DNA of 36,818 bases from the NCBI GenBank assembly GCA_040389905.1, contig JAZJZK010000028.1, positions 1-36,818 of the forward strand. Direction: 5' to 3'. Made by a program: the position numbers and the translations under genes. Numbering within the stretch: position 1 is the stretch's first letter; each line of letters opens with the position of its first letter. Positions 28,649 to 36,818 of the stretch are shown here, in pieces. The DNA is from Gemmatimonadota bacterium (lineage in GTDB: Bacteria; Gemmatimonadota; Gemmatimonadetes; Gemmatimonadales; Gemmatimonadaceae). A model generated the notes under the pieces. It was not told the origin of the DNA. It saw only the letters and a program-made list of their open reading frames with translations, and searched no databases.

Positions 28649-29164
28649 ATGGCCTCTAGCCTCGAGCTGAACCTCGTTCGGCACGTCCGTATCGTTGCGT
28701 ACCTGATTCTCGGGGCTGCGTTCTTCATGCCCATCGCTGATTTCTTCTTTTCCGTCTGGCCGGTCCAGCGTGAGCTCGCCTACCGCTATGGTGCCGTGAC
28801 GCTCATGGCGTCCACGGTGAGCCAACTCGTGCTGACGCTGCTTTTCATCTATGCCTTGGCCCTGCTCGCCGAAGACCGGAAGATCATCGCGGCCTGTGGC
28901 ATTGCCGGCGTGTTGATCGCTGCGATCCTGGTGGTGTCGTTCGGCGCCTTCGCGATGGACGCGTGGGAGTTGCGGCGGCGGCTCGAAGGCGCGCCGCTCC
29001 TTCGCATGGAAACGGCCACGTTGCAGGCCGCGCTGAAGATCGTCTCCTATGCTGCCGTGTGCGTGGTGTTCACCATCAGCGCCCGACGGGCCCTGACGAC
29101 GCCGAAGGACAATCGGGAACGCGGAGCGAACTCTGGTAGCCGGGCCACCAACACGGCGGAGTGA
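28649..29164 (+). CDS. Hypothetical 4-TM membrane protein, paralogue 1
   Basis: Four hydrophobic segments; shares Y..G..F..P..D...VWP, (Y/W)R(Y/F)G, DRK and FA(M/L)D with the two following ORFs. Confidence 0.8.
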   Translation: MASSLELNLVRHVRIVAYLILGAAFFMPIADFFFSVWPVQRELAYRYGAVTLMASTVSQLVLTLLFIYALALLAEDRKIIAACGIAGVLIAAILVVSFGAFAMDAWELRRRLEGAPLLRMETATLQAALKIVSYAAVCVVFTISARRALTTPKDNRERGANSGSRATNTAE

Positions 29165-29259
29165 GCGCGCCGCCCGCCGACCCTCAGTACCAGCACTCGG
29201 CGCTCCAGCGCCCGGCCCTCTGACCGGTTTCTGGTCCTTCGTTCCTTCCCACGGCTTCA

Positions 29260-29823
29260 ATGGAAATGCTCCGCGAACGCGTGAACACACGACTCCTGCG
29301 GCACGCCAAGGTACCAGGGTACCTCACGCTCGGTGTGGCCTTCATGATCCCCATCACTGACTTCGCGCTCGCGCTGCTTCCCTACGACACCGCGAACATC
29401 GTCTGGCGCTTTGGCGCGTTCTCCTTGCTGGGAACCGCGGCTGGCCCGATGGTCTCCATTCTCCTGTTCGTGGTCTTGATCGCGCACCTCAGCCGTGATC
29501 GGTGGATTACCATCGTCTGCTCCGTCGTCGCCGCGGTGCTCTCGCTGTGTCTCATCGCGTCGGTGGTCCTGTTCGCCCTGGATTTCCTTCAGTACAGGAA
29601 GTTCATGCCCGCAGATGCTCTGCGGAGGATGGACATCGGCAGCCTCCAGACCCTCATGCGCTTAGGCGTGCAGGCGCTGTTGGCGCTGATCCTCTCCGTC
29701 GTCGCGGCCACCAGTGGGAGGCCGCCAAAGATGCAGCTCAAGGCGATTGACGCCGACCTCGGCATGCGCGGTCGAAAAACGATCATCGGGGGAGTAAAGA
29801 AGAAGCCGGCCACGCCTCAATAA
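29260..29823 (+). CDS. Hypothetical 4-TM membrane protein, paralogue 2
   Basis: PGYLTLG...PITD...P...VWRFGA...DR...FALD; same topology as its neighbours. Confidence 0.8.
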   Translation: MEMLRERVNTRLLRHAKVPGYLTLGVAFMIPITDFALALLPYDTANIVWRFGAFSLLGTAAGPMVSILLFVVLIAHLSRDRWITIVCSVVAAVLSLCLIASVVLFALDFLQYRKFMPADALRRMDIGSLQTLMRLGVQALLALILSVVAATSGRPPKMQLKAIDADLGMRGRKTIIGGVKKKPATPQ

Positions 29824-29980
29824 GCGTCACCGACACAGACACCTCTTATTGCGTACCGCACGCGCAACACCCATCTTCTGCGCCTGATCCCCTCTCGGCT
29901 CTGGCCGCTCTTCCGCTGTAACCGAGCGCGCCCGACGATCGTCCAAGCGTAGCTCGACCACCAACTCCTCACTCCGTTTC

Positions 29981-30595
29981 ATGCTGACGACCGCACAGTC
30001 CGTTTACGCTCGGCGGCTACGATTGCCCGGATACTTCATCCTCGGGATCGCCACGCTCCTGCCGATCATCGACCTGATCGTATCGGTGTGGCCGATTCGC
30101 GCCGGTACCGTCGTCTGGCGCTTCGGCTCTGTCGGATTGCTTTCGAGCGCCGTCGGGTCTCCGCTTCTCCTCCTGTTCTTCATCATGGCGCTCGCCCTCG
30201 CCTGCGGTGACCGAAAGGTCATGGTAGTCGTTGCGGCCATTGCGGCGCTCTTCGCCCTCGTCCTCGTTTCCGGCATGGGGGCGTTTGCGCTCGACGCACT
30301 GCAGATGAAGCGGCGCGTGCAGGAGGGAGCGCAGCCGCGATTCCTGATGGCTGCGGGTCAAGCGATGTTCAAGCTGGGCGTGCAGAGTATTGCGTCGCTC
30401 ATCCTGGCCATTACCACAATTCGATCGCTGAAGGTCGCACCGAAGCCGGTTCCTGTCGCGAGTACCAAGGCGGACGCGCGCGCCGCAAACACGATCATGG
30501 GGCGGCAGTCGACGATCTCGAAGCCTGCGGCACCGGCCGCACTATCCGCAGCCGAACCGGCCAAAGTCGAGGCCGAGCCAGACGCGGAAGAGTAG
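29981..30595 (+). CDS. Hypothetical 4-TM membrane protein, paralogue 3
   Basis: PGYFILG...PIID...VWP...VWRFGS...DRK...FALD; low-complexity Ala/Pro/Glu tail. Confidence 0.8.
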   Translation: MLTTAQSVYARRLRLPGYFILGIATLLPIIDLIVSVWPIRAGTVVWRFGSVGLLSSAVGSPLLLLFFIMALALACGDRKVMVVVAAIAALFALVLVSGMGAFALDALQMKRRVQEGAQPRFLMAAGQAMFKLGVQSIASLILAITTIRSLKVAPKPVPVASTKADARAANTIMGRQSTISKPAAPAALSAAEPAKVEAEPDAEE

Positions 30596-30618
30596 AGCCT
30601 GAAGTCGTTGAGAAAGAG

Positions 30619-30648
30619 GGAGCCCGGCCACGTGCCGGGCTCCTTTGT
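30619..30648 (+). terminator. Intrinsic terminator
   Basis: Stem ggagcccggc/gccgggctcc followed by tttgt. Confidence 0.75.
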
Positions 30649-30667
30649 GTAGCGGGAGGTTTTCGCC

Positions 30668-30683
30668 CGGCATCGGGATTGCG
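30668..30683 (+). promoter_or_regulatory. Possible sigma54 promoter of the hydrolase-ligase unit
   Basis: CGGCATCGGGATTGCG has GG-N10-GC spacing and TTGC; lies between the terminator and the ATG at 30699. Confidence 0.45.
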
Positions 30684-30698
30684 ATTGTTCGGCCCGCC

Positions 30699-31577
30699 AT
30701 GACAGGACGTACCCCAGCCTCCCTCCCGGCGCCGCCGCTGCAATCGCCGGTCGAACTGTACGCGCGCTTCGCGGAGCTGCACGCCAGGGTCGGTGCGCGC
30801 GCAATGGCGGTCTCGATCGTCGATCTCGAGACGGGCGCGGATTTCCACTATCACGCAGACCGGTGGTTCCACGCCGCCAGCACGATCAAGGTGGCGATCC
30901 TCGTCGGCGTCTTCGGCGCGATCTTCCGCGGCGAATTGCTCCCGCAGTCTCGTGTACACGTGCGGAACCGCTTCCTCAGCGCGTTCGACGGCTCGCCGTA
31001 TCGTGTTCGCCTCGATCGAGACGCCAACCCCGAGGTGCACCGGGAGGTTGGCCGCACGCTCCGCGTCATGGAGCTCATGGATGCCATGATCACGACGAGC
31101 AGCAACCTCGCCACCAACCTGCTTCTCGATCTCGTGGGCCTCGATGTGCTGCAACGGACGATCGATGCATTCGGGCTCGAGGGAATCGACCTGCGACGCG
31201 GCGTCGAGGACGAGCTGGCGTTCGAGCACGGAATCAACAATCGCGTGACGGCGCGAGGCCTGGCGTCGCTCCTCACGCTCATCGGTGAGGAGCGAGCCTT
31301 CACTCCAGCGCTCTCGCGCCAGATGCTCGACGTACTGCATGCGCAGCAATTCAAGAGCGGCATTCCCGCAGGGCTACCGCGCGGCGCCCGCGTCGCGCAC
31401 AAGACCGGGGAGATCTCAACGATTGCCCACGACGCTGGCCTGGTGTACCTGCCAGATCGCCGGCCGTATGCGCTGACGGTGCTCACCGAGTGGGAGCCCG
31501 CCATTGGTGGACGCTCTGCGGCGATCGCTGCCGCGTCGTACCTGGCGTACGCGGCGCTCATTGGAGACCGCGACTGA
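30699..31577 (+). CDS. Serine hydrolase, class A beta-lactamase-like fold, no signal peptide
   Basis: ASTIK (SxxK), SSN (SxN), HKTG and HDAG. Start placed at MTGRT. Confidence 0.9.
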   Translation: MTGRTPASLPAPPLQSPVELYARFAELHARVGARAMAVSIVDLETGADFHYHADRWFHAASTIKVAILVGVFGAIFRGELLPQSRVHVRNRFLSAFDGSPYRVRLDRDANPEVHREVGRTLRVMELMDAMITTSSNLATNLLLDLVGLDVLQRTIDAFGLEGIDLRRGVEDELAFEHGINNRVTARGLASLLTLIGEERAFTPALSRQMLDVLHAQQFKSGIPAGLPRGARVAHKTGEISTIAHDAGLVYLPDRRPYALTVLTEWEPAIGGRSAAIAAASYLAYAALIGDRD

Positions 31578-32212
31578 TGACCCTTCCACGCGGTGCGCTT
31601 CCGCTTCGGCTCGTCGATGGCCGGCGTCTCGAGCGCCGCTATCGCGATGTACTCATGCCGGGAGGAATCCTCTGTGATCATCGCGGACAGGCGCGCGTCC
31701 TCCCACGCTACTTCTACGAGATCGAATCGTGGGCGCAGGCTCGCGACACCCTTCTTGCTCCGCACTTCGCCGTGTCCGAGTTCATCCACACGGACGTGCG
31801 GGAAGCGCCACCGTTGCGTCTCTTTCCGCGCTATATCCCGTGCGCGACGGCGCTCCTCGCGCTTGCGCTGGAGCAGTTTCGCGCTGCGGTGGGCACGTAC
31901 GTCCACATCGGAGCCAACGGGGGATACTGCTCGCCCCGCCATGCGCGCGTCGGTGGCGCCTCACCCCACTGTTGGGGCACCGCAGCCAACATCTACCGCA
32001 TCGGCGACACGTATCTCGATAACCAGGACGCCATCGCGCGCTATGCGACGATCGCGAAGGAAGCTCTACCGACGGTCTGGACACGACCTCTCGGCCCGGA
32101 ACTCGCCAAGACAGACGATCACCTGCACCTCGATCTGGGCTATGTGGTGAGCGTCCCGCGGGAAGCCGCGGGGGAGACGTACAACCTGAAGCTGGCCGGC
32201 GATCCCTTGTAA
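31577..32212 (+). CDS. Hypothetical protein with peptidase M15 (Hedgehog/DD-peptidase)-like motifs
   Basis: HFAVSEF, GGYCSP, SPHCWGTAANI and DHLHLD resemble M15A HF...EF, SGYR, SxHxxGxAAD and HxD. TGATG-coupled to the hydrolase. Confidence 0.6.
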   Translation: MTLPRGALPLRLVDGRRLERRYRDVLMPGGILCDHRGQARVLPRYFYEIESWAQARDTLLAPHFAVSEFIHTDVREAPPLRLFPRYIPCATALLALALEQFRAAVGTYVHIGANGGYCSPRHARVGGASPHCWGTAANIYRIGDTYLDNQDAIARYATIAKEALPTVWTRPLGPELAKTDDHLHLDLGYVVSVPREAAGETYNLKLAGDPL

Positions 32213-32263
32213 GTGGTGGGGGATGCGCGGCGCGGCGTTGACTGAAGTGGCTGGAGTAGTGCT

Positions 32264-33745
32264 ATGTCAAAACAGATGCTGAAGCGCCCGCGCCACCGTG
32301 ATCGTGCACGGGGAGAGGAAAGCGACCGGTTGAGCCGTGGCTTGCCGGCAATCGGCATGGAAGCCGAGTTCGCCACAGTCGTCGATGGTGTCGCGACGAG
32401 GCCTGAAGACGCGTTTGGTTCGCCGAGGGCAGTAGTTCGTGGCCCGCTCGTCCATCGCACGGGTCGCTCGTATCATCTGCCGACCGGTGGCGCACTCTAT
32501 TTCGATACGGGTGTGATGGAGATCGCCACGCCGATGATCGAAATCGACCGCGGCTGCGGCGCACGCGCCACGCGATCCCTGTGGGAGAGTCTCGGCTTTC
32601 TGCGCCATGAGCTCGATGCCTGGGAAGACGCGCATGCCCGCACCGTGAAGCTCGTGGGTTTCAGCGCGCATTACAACGTGTCGTTCGAACTCGCGCAGCG
32701 CGAGCGGGTCAACGGACGGTCGGTGCAGGAGCTCGCGCTGCTGCTGACGTACGTGCTGGCCGCGCCAGTCATGTTGCTCGCCGCGAACCGGCGATCGACG
32801 GGAGTCGGCGTGCGTCCACGCGGTAACCGGATCGAGATTACCGCCGACTTTACGCCGGATGCTGCGCTCATGGCGGCGACCGCGACGTTGATCGTCGGCA
32901 TCGTCCGGGCGGTCATGCGGTGGCCCGACTATTCGCTCGCGCAACTCGGTACGCACGGGATTCCTGTCGTGCAGGGCTTCGTGCCCCAACCGCACAGCTC
33001 GCGAAAGGGGTGGGTCGCGAAATACAGCAGCTACCCATCGAATCCGTTCACTGCGGACGTGGATGGTGACGCGTGGCGGACGTCATCTGGCCAGCACCTG
33101 TCGCTGCGAGAAATGGCCGGCCGCACCACGCGTCATTTCTGGGACTCGATTCGTGCGCTGGGTGACGCATCGTCGCTGCAACTCATCGCAGCGGTGATGC
33201 GCGGTCGCGCGCCGTCACTGCTGGAGCTCGACGACCGTCCAGCCGCCTACGATGACGTCGGGCGCCTGTGTTCGTGGAACGACCTGTTTCCGATCACGCA
33301 CCTGTCGCGCTCGCGCTACGAACGGGTGATGGGGCACGCGATTGCCGGCCGGCGGGTGCGGATGTCGGGAGCATGGCACCGGCCCGTCGGCGTGAAAGGG
33401 TGGACGCACGTCGTCTTCCGGCGAGAAACCGATGGCGCACGCCTCGTTCGGTCACTCGACGACATGCTCATGCATCTCGACGCGTGGGATCGCGCCGCCA
33501 ACCGGCGCATGGGAGAGCGGCGGGTGGAGAACGTCGCGGTGTTGTCGGAGCGACGTGTCGAGGAACGGCGCATCGAGATTGCAGACACATTAGAGCGTCG
33601 TCGCGAGAACGATGTGCGAGCGGAGGTGGACGGCTCCATCGAGGTCGTTCGCGGCGCGGATCTCGCGATGCCGAAGGAGCCGGTGCCACCCAGCGCGCCA
33701 AACGCGCGGGCAGAATCCCCGCTGGTCATCGTCTCGCGCGTGTAA
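32264..33745 (+). CDS. PafA/Dop-like carboxylate-amine ligase fold protein (proteasome accessory factor PafA2-like)
   Basis: IGMEAEF (GhExE), TGGALYFD..MEIATP (cf. NGxRLYxD..PEY), GFSAHYNVS and NRIEI; Arg/Glu-rich tail. Confidence 0.65.
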   Translation: MSKQMLKRPRHRDRARGEESDRLSRGLPAIGMEAEFATVVDGVATRPEDAFGSPRAVVRGPLVHRTGRSYHLPTGGALYFDTGVMEIATPMIEIDRGCGARATRSLWESLGFLRHELDAWEDAHARTVKLVGFSAHYNVSFELAQRERVNGRSVQELALLLTYVLAAPVMLLAANRRSTGVGVRPRGNRIEITADFTPDAALMAATATLIVGIVRAVMRWPDYSLAQLGTHGIPVVQGFVPQPHSSRKGWVAKYSSYPSNPFTADVDGDAWRTSSGQHLSLREMAGRTTRHFWDSIRALGDASSLQLIAAVMRGRAPSLLELDDRPAAYDDVGRLCSWNDLFPITHLSRSRYERVMGHAIAGRRVRMSGAWHRPVGVKGWTHVVFRRETDGARLVRSLDDMLMHLDAWDRAANRRMGERRVENVAVLSERRVEERRIEIADTLERRRENDVRAEVDGSIEVVRGADLAMPKEPVPPSAPNARAESPLVIVSRV

Positions 33746-33816
33746 GTGCTCGCGGGGAGGATAATGGCCGCACTTCCGGCAGCCGCACCGCGTACTCATA
33801 ATATACCGTTGGTGGC

Positions 33817-33852
33817 CGGATGGCGGATGGCGGATGGCTGACAGGCTGATGG
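33817..33852 (+). repeat. Heptamer tandem repeat (cggatgg)x3 plus degenerate copies
   Basis: cggatgg cggatgg cggatgg ctgacagg ctgatgg read directly. Confidence 0.8.
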
Positions 33853-34156
33853 GGGGCGGGCTTGGGGCTCGGGCCAACCGCGGGCTTGGGCGCGGGCTGG
33901 GGCCAGGGCTGGAGCTTGGGCCTGCCAGCAGGCTGGGGCGCGGGCAGGGGCTTGGGCGAGGGCGAACACCAGTTGATGCGCGCAAGAGTGACGTTGAGGA
34001 CCGCATACGAGAGGCCATCCGGCGCCGGCTGCGGGCTGAGTTTCTGGCTCAAGCCCCGAGCGCGAAGCCGCCCGAGCCATGGCCCCAGCCACCAGCCTGC
34101 AGGTAGGCCCGCGCCCAAGCCCTAGCCCGCCCTAGCCGGGCCCGCGCCCAAGCCCA
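33853..34156. repeat. G-rich gggcNN array and complementary C-rich array forming a long imperfect inverted repeat
   Basis: gggcttgggcgcgggc (33882-33897) is the exact reverse complement of gcccgcgcccaagccc at 34107-34122 and 34140-34155. Confidence 0.8.
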
Positions 34157-34213
34157 ACAGGAGCGAGCAGGCCGGTGCGCCGCCACCGTGATAAACCTGC
34201 GACCCTGCACCAG

Positions 34214-34241
34214 TTGACATGGCCTGTACGTCCAATAAATT
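34214..34241 (+). promoter_or_regulatory. Putative sigma70 promoter for fusA-tuf
   Basis: TTGACA-N16-TAAATT about 330 nt upstream of the fusA ATG. Confidence 0.6.
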
Positions 34242-34249
34242 CATGGGGC

Positions 34250-34514
34250 TACGGGATTTTCGGACCGAATCTGCAATCGGTCTTCCGTACACCGGCTCAC
34301 TGCGGCCGACCTTATGGGCTCCCTCCGGGGAGAGGTTCTCAGACCGGCGACTAAGTTCGCTCCCGAGAAGAAACGCAGGACAACTTGACGTCGAGTCTGT
34401 TTTGATCGGCGCGCCTTGGGTCCCCGTTCGCGCATGAGAGGCGAACACACCCTGGCGAGAGCGGATGGATACCGGCCCAAACTGGGCGCTGGTCCACCCG
34501 CGTTTGTATTTGTT
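34250..34514 (+). ncRNA. Candidate structured leader RNA upstream of fusA
   Basis: Run of about seven hand-folded hairpins ending in gcggatgga...tccacccgc plus U-rich gtttgtatttgtt. No family recognised. Confidence 0.45.
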
Positions 34515-34574
34515 GAATCGATCATGTCGCTGGCGCTGCTGAAGCCGCCTTCGACCGAACCTGACGGGATAGAT

Positions 34575-36698
34575 ATGGCACGCGATACCGCGCTCGAGTA
34601 TTACCGGAACATCGGCATCATGGCACACATCGATGCCGGGAAGACGACCACGACCGAGCGTATTCTTTACTATACGGGCAAGAGCCACAAGATCGGCGAG
34701 GTGCATGAAGGCGCCGCGACGATGGATTGGATGGAGCAGGAGCAGGAGCGCGGCATCACGATCACCTCGGCTGCCACGACCTGTTTCTGGATGCGTCATG
34801 GCCAGTCCGACAAGGAAGGCGCTGGTCCCGAGTTCCGTATCAACATCATCGATACGCCGGGACACGTGGACTTCACCGTCGAAGTCGAGCGCTCACTGCG
34901 TGTGCTCGATGGCGCCGTGACGTTGCTCGATTCCGTCGCTGGTGTGGAGCCGCAGACCGAGACGGTGTGGCGCCAGGCGGACCGGTACAAGGTCCCGCGT
35001 ATGATCTTCTCGAACAAGATGGATCGTACGGGTGCCGATTTCGATCGCTGCATGCGCATGATCAAAGATCGCCTGAGCCGTCGCGCGTTCGCGCTGCAGC
35101 TGCCGGTCGGTTCTGGTGAAATGTTCACTGGCCACATCGACGTCATCGAGCGCAAGCAGTACATCTTCGACGATGCCACGCTTGGCAAGTCGTTCGCCGT
35201 CGTCGACGTGCCGGACGAGTACAAGGACGCCTGCGAAGCGGCGCGTCACGAGGCGGTCGAGGCGGCGGTCGAGTACGACGAAGAGCTGATGCAGAAGTAC
35301 CTCGACGGCGCCGAGCTGTCGATCGACGAAATTCGCCGCGCGATTCGCAAGGCGACGATCGCCATGGAGTTCGTGCCGGTGCTCGTCGGTGCGTCGTTCA
35401 AGAACAAGGGTGTGCAGGCGCTGCTCGATGCCGTCATCGACTACCTGCCGTCGCCCATCGAAGTGCCGGCCATCACGGGTCACCTGCCGCACCACGACGA
35501 AACGTTCGAAGACCGCCAGGTCAACGACGAAGCGCCGTTTGCCGCGCTCGCGTTCAAGATTGCGACCGACCCGTTCGTCGGAAAGCTGACCTTCTTCCGC
35601 GTCTATTCCGGCGTGTTGAAGAGTGGCTCGTACGTCTACAACGCGACGAAGGACAAGCGCGAGCGCGTCGGACGTCTGTTGCAGATGCACGCGAACAAGC
35701 GTGAGGAAATCGAGGAAGTGCGCGCCGGCGACATCGCGGCCGCGATCGGGCTCAAGGATACGCGCACCGGCGACACGATGTGCGATGATGAGCATCCGAT
35801 CATCCTCGAGGCGATGAAGTTCCCGAACCCCGTCATCGACGTGGCCGTGGAACCGAAGACCAAGGCGGATCAGGACAAGCTGGCGATCGCACTCATGAAG
35901 CTGTCGGAAGAAGATCCGACCTTCCGCGTGCACTCGGATCCCGAGACGTCGCAGACGATCATCTCGGGCATGGGTGAGCTGCACCTCGAGATCATCGTCG
36001 ACCGCATGATGCGCGAGTTCAAGGTCGACGCGAATATCGGCCGCCCGCAGGTGGCCTATCGCGAAACGATCAAGAAGCGCGTCGAGAAGGTCGAAGGCAA
36101 GTTCATCCGCCAGTCGGGTGGAAAGGGACAGTACGGCCATTGCGTCATCAACATGCAGCCCTCCGAGCCGGGCCAGGGTTTCATCTTCGAGGACAAGATT
36201 GTCGGCGGTACCATTCCGCGTGAGTACATTGGACCGATCGAGCAGGGCATCAAGGAAGCGCTGGGCAATGGTGTGCTGGCCGGCTATCCAATGGTCGATG
36301 TGAAGGTCGAACTCATTTACGGTTCGTACCACGACGTCGACTCCAGCGAAATGGCCTTCAAGATCGCCGGCTCCATGGCGTTCAAGGAAGCCGCAAAGAA
36401 GGCGCAGCCGGTGATTCTCGAGCCGATGATGAACGTCGAAGTCGTGTGCCCGGAGAGCTACATGGGCGACGTGCTTGGCGATCTGTCCTCGCGCCGTGGA
36501 AAGATCGGCGGTATGACGCAGCGCGGCGAGGCGCAGGTGATTGCCTCGACGGTGCCGCTCTCCGAAATGTTCGGGTACTCGACCAAGCTGCGCTCGATGT
36601 CACAGGGCCGCGCGGTCTACTCGATGGAGTTCGCGCATTACGAAGAAGTTCCGAAGAGCAAGGCCGAGGAAATCATCTCCAAGGTCACTCCGAAGTAA
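34575..36698 (+). CDS. fusA: Elongation factor G
   Basis: [36 protein letters not shown] and [11 protein letters not shown]. True start MARDT at 34575. Confidence 0.99.
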   Translation: MARDTALEYYRNIGIMAHIDAGKTTTTERILYYTGKSHKIGEVHEGAATMDWMEQEQERGITITSAATTCFWMRHGQSDKEGAGPEFRINIIDTPGHVDFTVEVERSLRVLDGAVTLLDSVAGVEPQTETVWRQADRYKVPRMIFSNKMDRTGADFDRCMRMIKDRLSRRAFALQLPVGSGEMFTGHIDVIERKQYIFDDATLGKSFAVVDVPDEYKDACEAARHEAVEAAVEYDEELMQKYLDGAELSIDEIRRAIRKATIAMEFVPVLVGASFKNKGVQALLDAVIDYLPSPIEVPAITGHLPHHDETFEDRQVNDEAPFAALAFKIATDPFVGKLTFFRVYSGVLKSGSYVYNATKDKRERVGRLLQMHANKREEIEEVRAGDIAAAIGLKDTRTGDTMCDDEHPIILEAMKFPNPVIDVAVEPKTKADQDKLAIALMKLSEEDPTFRVHSDPETSQTIISGMGELHLEIIVDRMMREFKVDANIGRPQVAYRETIKKRVEKVEGKFIRQSGGKGQYGHCVINMQPSEPGQGFIFEDKIVGGTIPREYIGPIEQGIKEALGNGVLAGYPMVDVKVELIYGSYHDVDSSEMAFKIAGSMAFKEAAKKAQPVILEPMMNVEVVCPESYMGDVLGDLSSRRGKIGGMTQRGEAQVIASTVPLSEMFGYSTKLRSMSQGRAVYSMEFAHYEEVPKSKAEEIISKVTPK

Positions 36699-36754
36699 TA
36701 GAAGGAAGACGGGAAGACAGGATTCACTGACTCTTTCGCATCGAGATTACAGCA

Positions 36755-36818
36755 ATGGGAAAAGCAAAGTTCGAGCGCACGAAGCCGCACGTGAACGTCG
36801 GCACGATTGGACACGTCG
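36755..36818 (+). CDS. tuf: Elongation factor Tu, 3'-truncated by the window edge
   Basis: Translates to MGKAKFERTKPHVNVGTIGHV; directly after fusA. Confidence 0.97.
   Translation, partial: MGKAKFERTKPHVNVGTIGHV

Noticed and set aside
30699..31577. Bona fide beta-lactam resistance gene
   Set aside because: Fold motifs are present, but there is no signal peptide, SDN reads SSN, and the context points to another role; activity cannot be inferred.
33726..34125. Pro/Gly-rich ORFs on both strands (33726-34118, 33796-34092, 33834-34106, 33862-34125)
   Set aside because: By-products of the G/C repeat arrays; low complexity, several frames open at once, no Pup-like GGE/GGQ end.
34525..34570. TPP riboswitch-like words (gctgaa, gaacctga) before fusA
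   Set aside because: Lacks the CUGAGA core and downstream conserved elements; the gene context is wrong.
34416..34574. 53-aa N-terminal extension of EF-G in the ORF track
   Set aside because: EF-G homology begins at MARDT (34575); the extension is leader sequence that happens to be open.
2471..34574. Prophage, IS or integrative element explaining the insertions
   Set aside because: No integrase, transposase, phage gene, tRNA or flanking direct repeat was recognised.

Overview
High-GC bacterial window, probably Gemmatimonadota (inferred from SusC/SusD in a high-GC background, TPEPASL-type PEP-CTERM tails and ribosomal protein style). The backbone is the normally contiguous rpoC-rpsL-rpsG-fusA-tuf cluster, which is broken twice here. 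(1) About 24 kb lie between rpoC and rpsL. This block holds a divergently transcribed surface-glycan locus (GT2, GT-C, GT4, Wzx flippase, pyruvyltransferase, FAD oxidoreductase, GH30-like lipoprotein, two tandem SAM methyltransferases). Unexpectedly, it also holds a DAHP synthase/chorismate mutase placed head-to-head with a CmoA-like (carboxy-SAM synthase-like) gene, and a 2OG-Fe(II) oxygenase-Rieske fusion. A PEP-CTERM protein, a PlsB-like acyltransferase and a SusC/SusD/DUF4397 unit follow. (2) About 7.4 kb lie between rpsG and fusA. This block holds a PEP-CTERM gene with a sigma54-type promoter, three tandem paralogous membrane proteins, and a three-gene unit of a serine hydrolase, an M15-like peptidase and an orphan PafA/Dop-like ligase. 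It ends in repeat-built palindromes and a long structured leader before fusA. Best novelty candidates: a prephenate/carboxy-SAM-linked glycan tailoring pathway, the Pup-less PafA-like ligase/peptidase unit, and the structured fusA leader RNA. All product calls come from motif recognition by eye; no searches were run.
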